37,425 nt of DNA, taken from positions 1-37,425 of the IMG/VR virus record IMGVR_UViG_3300020043_003222; one strand, 5' to 3'. Each line of letters begins with the position of its first letter. Within the stretch, counting starts at the first letter, position 1. The stretch comes from a virus. Lineage: Duplodnaviria > Caudoviricetes. The notes beneath the pieces are model-generated. The model worked only from the letters and a program-made list of their open reading frames with translations, did not search any database and had not been told where the DNA came from. Of the stretch, positions 33,178 through 37,425 are shown one piece after another. The position numbers and the translations under genes were made by a program.

Positions 33178-34122
33178 ATGTCAGACGAATCAATCAGTGC
33201 AGATGGCCTACTCGCCCTAGCCAGAGATCACGATGCCGGTGTCGATATCGACAGCCAGCCAAGGGAGTCGTCTCCAACACCAAGTGAGACAGCTTCGACT
33301 GAGCAGGAATCCTCCAATGAGGTGACCGCCAGCAAAGAGTTCGATGGTGGTGAGAAGGAAGTAAGCACAAAGTCAGAGACTGAAACCAAGGCGACAAAGA
33401 CTGAGCCGAAGGTTGAGAAGGAGAAGAGCAAATTCGCCCAGGAGCAGAACCGAAAGGCCAAGACTTGGGAGCAAATCAACGCTGAGAAGGAGGCCCTCAA
33501 GGCTGAGCGCGAAGCGGTGAAGCGTGAGCGTGAGGAATGGAGCAGGAGCCGGGAGCAATCCAAGGCTACCGAGACCAATTCTCATCGGGACGAGAAGGGC
33601 TATACGGCGGAGGACTACGAGGCTGCGGCCAAGGAGTTCGAGGCTGATGGCGATTCTCAGTTGGCCAAGGCAGCGCGAGCCAAGGCTGATAATGTCAGGA
33701 AAGCGGCTGGTGAAAGACAGCAGAAGGTTCAACAGGAGCAGTTCCAGAAGTCATGGGCTGAAAACTACGGCAAGTTGTCCGAGAAGGAGGCTTGGCTGAA
33801 AGATCAGAACAGCTCTGAGTACAAGCGTACTGTTCAGCTTCTGAATAATTTCCCGCTGTTGACCGCGACTCCTGATGGACTCGTTCACGCTGTCGAAATT
33901 GTGAAGCTCCAGAATGCAGCCGAACGATCTCAGTCGATGGAAGCCGAGAACAAGTCTCTGAAAGAACAACTCAGTAAGCTCCAGCAGAAGACCGCCATTG
34001 GTAAAAGCGTACCGGCAGGACAACTCAAAGCAGAGGAGAAGGATTTCTCCAAGCTATCCCTGAAGGAGCAAAGGGATGCGCTCATGCGAGCGACGAGAGA
34101 GTTCGACCGGGACGAAGGCTAA
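33178..34122 (+). CDS. Capsid scaffolding protein
   Basis: Acidic, coiled-coil protein directly before the capsid gene; DFSKLSLKEQ C-terminal motif. Confidence 0.75.
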   Translation: MSDESISADGLLALARDHDAGVDIDSQPRESSPTPSETASTEQESSNEVTASKEFDGGEKEVSTKSETETKATKTEPKVEKEKSKFAQEQNRKAKTWEQINAEKEALKAEREAVKREREEWSRSREQSKATETNSHRDEKGYTAEDYEAAAKEFEADGDSQLAKAARAKADNVRKAAGERQQKVQQEQFQKSWAENYGKLSEKEAWLKDQNSSEYKRTVQLLNNFPLLTATPDGLVHAVEIVKLQNAAERSQSMEAENKSLKEQLSKLQQKTAIGKSVPAGQLKAEEKDFSKLSLKEQRDALMRATREFDRDEG

Positions 34123-34142
34123 TGGCCAACCACAACTAAAAT

Positions 34143-35294
34143 ATGCCAGTTACTACTTCAACCACGCTCACGAGCCAGTTCCAGAACTACTTCAGTAAGG
34201 AACTGCTCTCCATCGTTCAGCAGGAGACCATCCTGGATCAGTTCGCCATGAAGGCTCCGATCCCCCGGAACAATGGTAACAAAGCCATCTCAATGTTCCG
34301 ATTCGGTGCGCCGAGCGTCTCGGGTGTCCAGACCATCAGCTCTGAGGGTACTGCCATCAGCTCCGCGAATTACCGCGCTCTGGCTTTGAACAGCCTGAGC
34401 AAGTCGCTCGCCCAGTATGGTCAGGTGATCGGTTTGACCGACATCCTCCGCGCCACGGACCTGTTCAACTCCATGCAGCAGGCCACCAAGACCTCCGGTC
34501 TGGACATGGCCCTCTGGGTTGACTCCGTGATTCGTAACGTGTTGGTTGGCTCCAACCTCACCGCGAGTGGTTCGTCCATCGGTTCCGCTGCCGAAGGTGG
34601 TGGTACGTTCGATAACTCGGACGCTGTGAACACTGTCGCCAGCTCCGGTGGCGTGAAGGTGTACGGCAATCCCGCTACGCTGACCACCCAGAGCTTCTCC
34701 GCTCTGAACAGCGATACCACTGCTGCGAACACCACGATGACCGCCTCGGCTGTCCTCGATTCCATGACCCGCCTGAAGCGCAACCGCGCTCCGCTGATCA
34801 ACGGTGGCTACGTCCTCGCGACCGATCCTCGCGTGATCCGCGACTTGATGCGCGATAGCGACTGGTTGAACGCCTCCAACTACGGCAACAAGGGTGTGCC
34901 GTTCTACAAGGGCGAAGTGGGTTCCATCTACGGTTGCCGTGTGGTCAGCCAAACCAACTCGTTTGTCAGCACCGGTTCCGCGACCGCTTCGGACGAGTTC
35001 GTTTATCAGGCGACCTCCGCTGGTGGTGGCTTGGCCGTCAGCAAGGACATCATCGCTTCGTTGTTCCTCGGTAGCGAAGCGTTCGGTATCCCCGCTTTGA
35101 CCGGTGATGATCCGTTGTCTCCGAAGATTGTGATCACCGATACCCCCGACAAGAGCGATCCGTTGAACCAGCTCATCACCGTTGGTGTGAAGCTGTACTT
35201 CGCCGCTCTGCGCTTGGCTGCTGGTAACACGGGTTCTACTAATAACCCGACCTGGTACTTGGTGCATCGTACTAAGACCTCGACCACGCTGTAA
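34143..35294 (+). CDS. Major capsid protein (N4-gp56-like family)
   Basis: IPRNNG..I...R, LAQYG..I..TD, YV...DP....DL, GEVGSIYGCRVV, DPLNQ..TVG.K. Confidence 0.88.
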   Translation: MPVTTSTTLTSQFQNYFSKELLSIVQQETILDQFAMKAPIPRNNGNKAISMFRFGAPSVSGVQTISSEGTAISSANYRALALNSLSKSLAQYGQVIGLTDILRATDLFNSMQQATKTSGLDMALWVDSVIRNVLVGSNLTASGSSIGSAAEGGGTFDNSDAVNTVASSGGVKVYGNPATLTTQSFSALNSDTTAANTTMTASAVLDSMTRLKRNRAPLINGGYVLATDPRVIRDLMRDSDWLNASNYGNKGVPFYKGEVGSIYGCRVVSQTNSFVSTGSATASDEFVYQATSAGGGLAVSKDIIASLFLGSEAFGIPALTGDDPLSPKIVITDTPDKSDPLNQLITVGVKLYFAALRLAAGNTGSTNNPTWYLVHRTKTSTTL

Positions 35295-35295
35295 T

Positions 35296-35691
35296 ATGCG
35301 ACCACAGACGGCCACCATTACGGTGATTGCCGTCAGCCCAAAGGGGCATCATCGAGCAATCGGTGGTGCCCCTTCTCATTCCGCTTGCGGATGTGAAGAG
35401 GCTGACAACAATGCGCCCATGATTTCTATTCCGGTCGAGGCTCTTTCCACTGACATGGAAGATGGCCAGCAGGCCACTCCTGAAGTGGGTGATGAAGTGC
35501 TTCTCGATGATGTTCGCGGTATTCTCAAGAAGCTCAAAGGCGGCGAAGCTTACGTCGAGATCAAGAGCGTGAACGGTATGCCCGCTGAGTACGAGAAGAC
35601 CGGTGAGGATGCAATGGAAGCCAAGCAGCCTATGGATGAAAAGGGCATGCGCGAGATGGTTTCCAAGTACGATAGCGAGATGGAGTCCTAA
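35296..35691 (+). CDS. Acidic hypothetical protein
   Basis: Starts 1 nt after the capsid stop codon. Confidence 0.6.
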   Translation: MRPQTATITVIAVSPKGHHRAIGGAPSHSACGCEEADNNAPMISIPVEALSTDMEDGQQATPEVGDEVLLDDVRGILKKLKGGEAYVEIKSVNGMPAEYEKTGEDAMEAKQPMDEKGMREMVSKYDSEMES

Positions 35692-35692
35692 C

Positions 35693-35947
35693 ATGCCGAT
35701 CTACACCTTCGAGAACAATGGTCGGTCCATCGAGCATATCGCTCCGATGGGTACTGACTCTGTTGTCCTTGATGGGAAACGGTGGACGCGACAGCCGGTG
35801 GCCCGATTCGGGGTCACCGGTTTTGCTCGTGAAGCCGAACTCAAGGACAAGGTAAAGCAGGGATTCAGCCGGATGGAAGACCGGCAGGGTTCCCGCTTTG
35901 AAAGCACTTTCAGCAAGAATCAAATTCGGAAGATCTGGGATATATGA
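35693..35947 (+). CDS. Hypothetical protein (MPIYTF start, FmdB-like but lacking Cys)
   Basis: ATG 1 nt after the previous stop. Confidence 0.55.
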   Translation: MPIYTFENNGRSIEHIAPMGTDSVVLDGKRWTRQPVARFGVTGFAREAELKDKVKQGFSRMEDRQGSRFESTFSKNQIRKIWDI

Positions 35948-36210
35948 GCGACGTATCAAATCAAGCGATCCAGTATTCAATGGGTAATGCTGGCTTCGGC
36001 CTCGTGACCGCCACGAGCCTGACCACTGGCCCATTCGTTGCGGTGACCACGATTTCCCCTACCACTTTCACTTCGATCACCGGTAACAACATCACTGGCA
36101 CTTGGTCCACTGCGACCATCCCGGCTGGTATCACGCTCCCTGGACCGATCCAGAGCTTCCAGCTTTCGTTCGGTGCGGTGGTGGCGTTCAACGGTGTGAT
36201 CAACTCCTAA
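35944..36210 (+). CDS. Small beta-rich virion protein
   Basis: TIPAGITLPG...L..G.VVA pattern; ATGA coupling. Confidence 0.6.
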   Translation: MSDVSNQAIQYSMGNAGFGLVTATSLTTGPFVAVTTISPTTFTSITGNNITGTWSTATIPAGITLPGPIQSFQLSFGAVVAFNGVINS

Positions 36211-36214
36211 ACAG

Positions 36215-36535
36215 GTGACTCTCGCTCTTGGAACAAGGTTGGCATCGAATGGAGGTGGCTCAGTCACCCCCATCGATCCTCCTATCGTTCGGAGAGATTT
36301 GCTTCAGGAGGACGGGTTTGATTGCATGTTGCTGTTGGAAAGCGGCGATAGGTGCCTGCTTGAAAACAATGACTATTTGTTGATAGAGTTTGAAGGTGGC
36401 TATTTCATTCTCCAAGAGGATGGAACCAGCAAGATCGTAATAACATTTGGAACATACGATAGCATAGCCGCTGAGGATGGAGTTGATTTAGTTTTAACCG
36501 AAGGATCAGATAAATTCATCTTAAACGTAGAATAA
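36215..36535 (+). CDS. Putative tail-fibre adaptor with LLxE(D/S/N)G repeats
   Basis: LLQEDG, LLLESG, LLENN, ILQEDG, IAAEDG, VLTEG; directly before the fibre gene. Confidence 0.55.
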   Translation: MTLALGTRLASNGGGSVTPIDPPIVRRDLLQEDGFDCMLLLESGDRCLLENNDYLLIEFEGGYFILQEDGTSKIVITFGTYDSIAAEDGVDLVLTEGSDKFILNVE

Positions 36536-36536
36536 T

Positions 36537-37425
36537 ATGGCAGATACAAAAATCACATCACTGCTGACCCCACAGGTCACCACTAACCCAGCAACTGACG
36601 TTCTGCCGATTGTTAATATCGCAGACACCTCGATGGCCAGCTCCGGTTCCACCCGGAAGATTACGGTCAACACCCTCCTAGGAGCAGGCGGCACCGCCAC
36701 CCTCGCCTCCGCCACCATCACCGGCGATCTGACGGTGCGGACGAATAAGCTGTTCGTTAATTCGGTCGGCGTAGGTATTGGTGCTGCTGCCACTTCCTAT
36801 CAATGCGAAATTAACAGCGGCGCATCCGCCAGCACATCACAGTTCAAATCGACTGGAGCTTCTGTCATTTCCAGATTTGCTGATGGAACCGGAGAAACTG
36901 GTTACATTGGATCAGGCATATCTTTGATGTCAGGAATCAGTCGAACCGATTTCGGCATTGCGAGCAACGGTGCGTTGGTGTTTGGCCTAAGCACCGGACT
37001 CGCCATGACCCTCAACTCCAACGGACTTGGCATCGGAGTTACGCCGAGTGCGTGGGATAGCACTTTCAAAGCGATTCAGATCAACAATCGCGGCGCATAC
37101 ATTTCAGCAACATCCAATTCGTTTTCAACCGCACCGTTTGTTCAGGTTGGAAATAATGGATACTACGATACCACTAATTCTAGGTGGGAATATGTAACAG
37201 CAAATGCCGCTGCCCAATACGTCCAAGCAGCCAGTTCCCATTTGTGGTACACTGCCGCTTCCGGTGCTGCTGATGCAGAAATCACCGACTTCGCGACGGC
37301 CAAAATGACGCTGGATGCGTCGGGGAATTTGCTGGTGGGGACGACTAACGCGACGGTTGCATCCGCTGTCGGCTCTCGTTTTATTGATGGCGGAAAGCGG
37401 CTCGACATCTGTCGCGATGCTTCAA
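36537..37425 (+). CDS. N-terminal part of tail fibre (full protein about 431 aa, ending at 528 after circular wrap)
   Basis: ATG at 36537 (MADTKITSL...), read open to the contig end; 37305-36537=768, so in frame with base 1. Confidence 0.85.
   Translation, partial: MADTKITSLLTPQVTTNPATDVLPIVNIADTSMASSGSTRKITVNTLLGAGGTATLASATITGDLTVRTNKLFVNSVGVGIGAAATSYQCEINSGASASTSQFKSTGASVISRFADGTGETGYIGSGISLMSGISRTDFGIASNGALVFGLSTGLAMTLNSNGLGIGVTPSAWDSTFKAIQINNRGAYISATSNSFSTAPFVQVGNNGYYDTTNSRWEYVTANAAAQYVQAASSHLWYTAASGAADAEITDFATAKMTLDASGNLLVGTTNATVASAVGSRFIDGGKRLDICRDAS
37305..37425. repeat. Exact duplicate of 1-121
   Basis: Direct sequence identity. Confidence 0.97.

Noticed and set aside
34290-35318. 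342-aa antisense ORF opposite the capsid gene
   Set aside because: Shadow ORF of a strongly biased gene
37305-37425. 121-bp end repeat as a biological direct terminal repeat
   Set aside because: It lies inside a coding sequence far from the terminase locus, and its length fits a k-mer overlap from circular assembly
1-37425. Diversity-generating retroelement, stop-codon reassignment, tRNA genes or integrase
   Set aside because: No reverse transcriptase or TR/VR pair seen; genes tile densely under the standard code; no cloverleaf or recombinase motifs recognised by eye (tRNAscan and HMM searches not run)

Overview
This is an essentially complete, circularly assembled dsDNA tailed-phage genome of podovirus-like architecture. 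The unique length is about 37,304 bp, because bases 1-121 are repeated exactly at 37305-37425. Reading around the circle: terS (28060), terL, portal, small proteins, scaffold, major capsid protein, tail-fibre adaptors, a tail fibre with a C-terminal S74-type chaperone (wraps the contig ends), a membrane-protein/lipoprotein lysis-like cassette, a second fibre, head-tail adaptor, nozzle, GNAT-like protein and internal (ejection) proteins up to 1573 aa. Next comes a replication/recombination arm: Xis-like HTH, RecT-like, RecE/PD-(D/E)XK-like, DUF669-like SSB, SF2 helicase, RuvC-like, about 15 short coupled ORFs and a primase-helicase. A minus-strand early segment (23.8-28 kb) carries a C5 DNA methyltransferase and a Cys-rich radical-SAM-like gene. 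I could not recognise an integrase, DNA polymerase, RNA polymerase, endolysin, tRNA or CRISPR array. The most notable observations are: a methyltransferase apparently split across two overlapping reading frames (motif IX lies in the alternate frame); an array of short genes joined by near-identical SD+RTGA junction sequences and shared peptide modules; an HTH fused to an RNA-polymerase alpha-CTD-like domain; a nested-hairpin locus at about 24.4 kb coinciding with a G/C strand-skew switch (candidate origin); and a lysis-like cassette with no recognisable endolysin. All product calls come from motif recognition by eye; no database searches were run.
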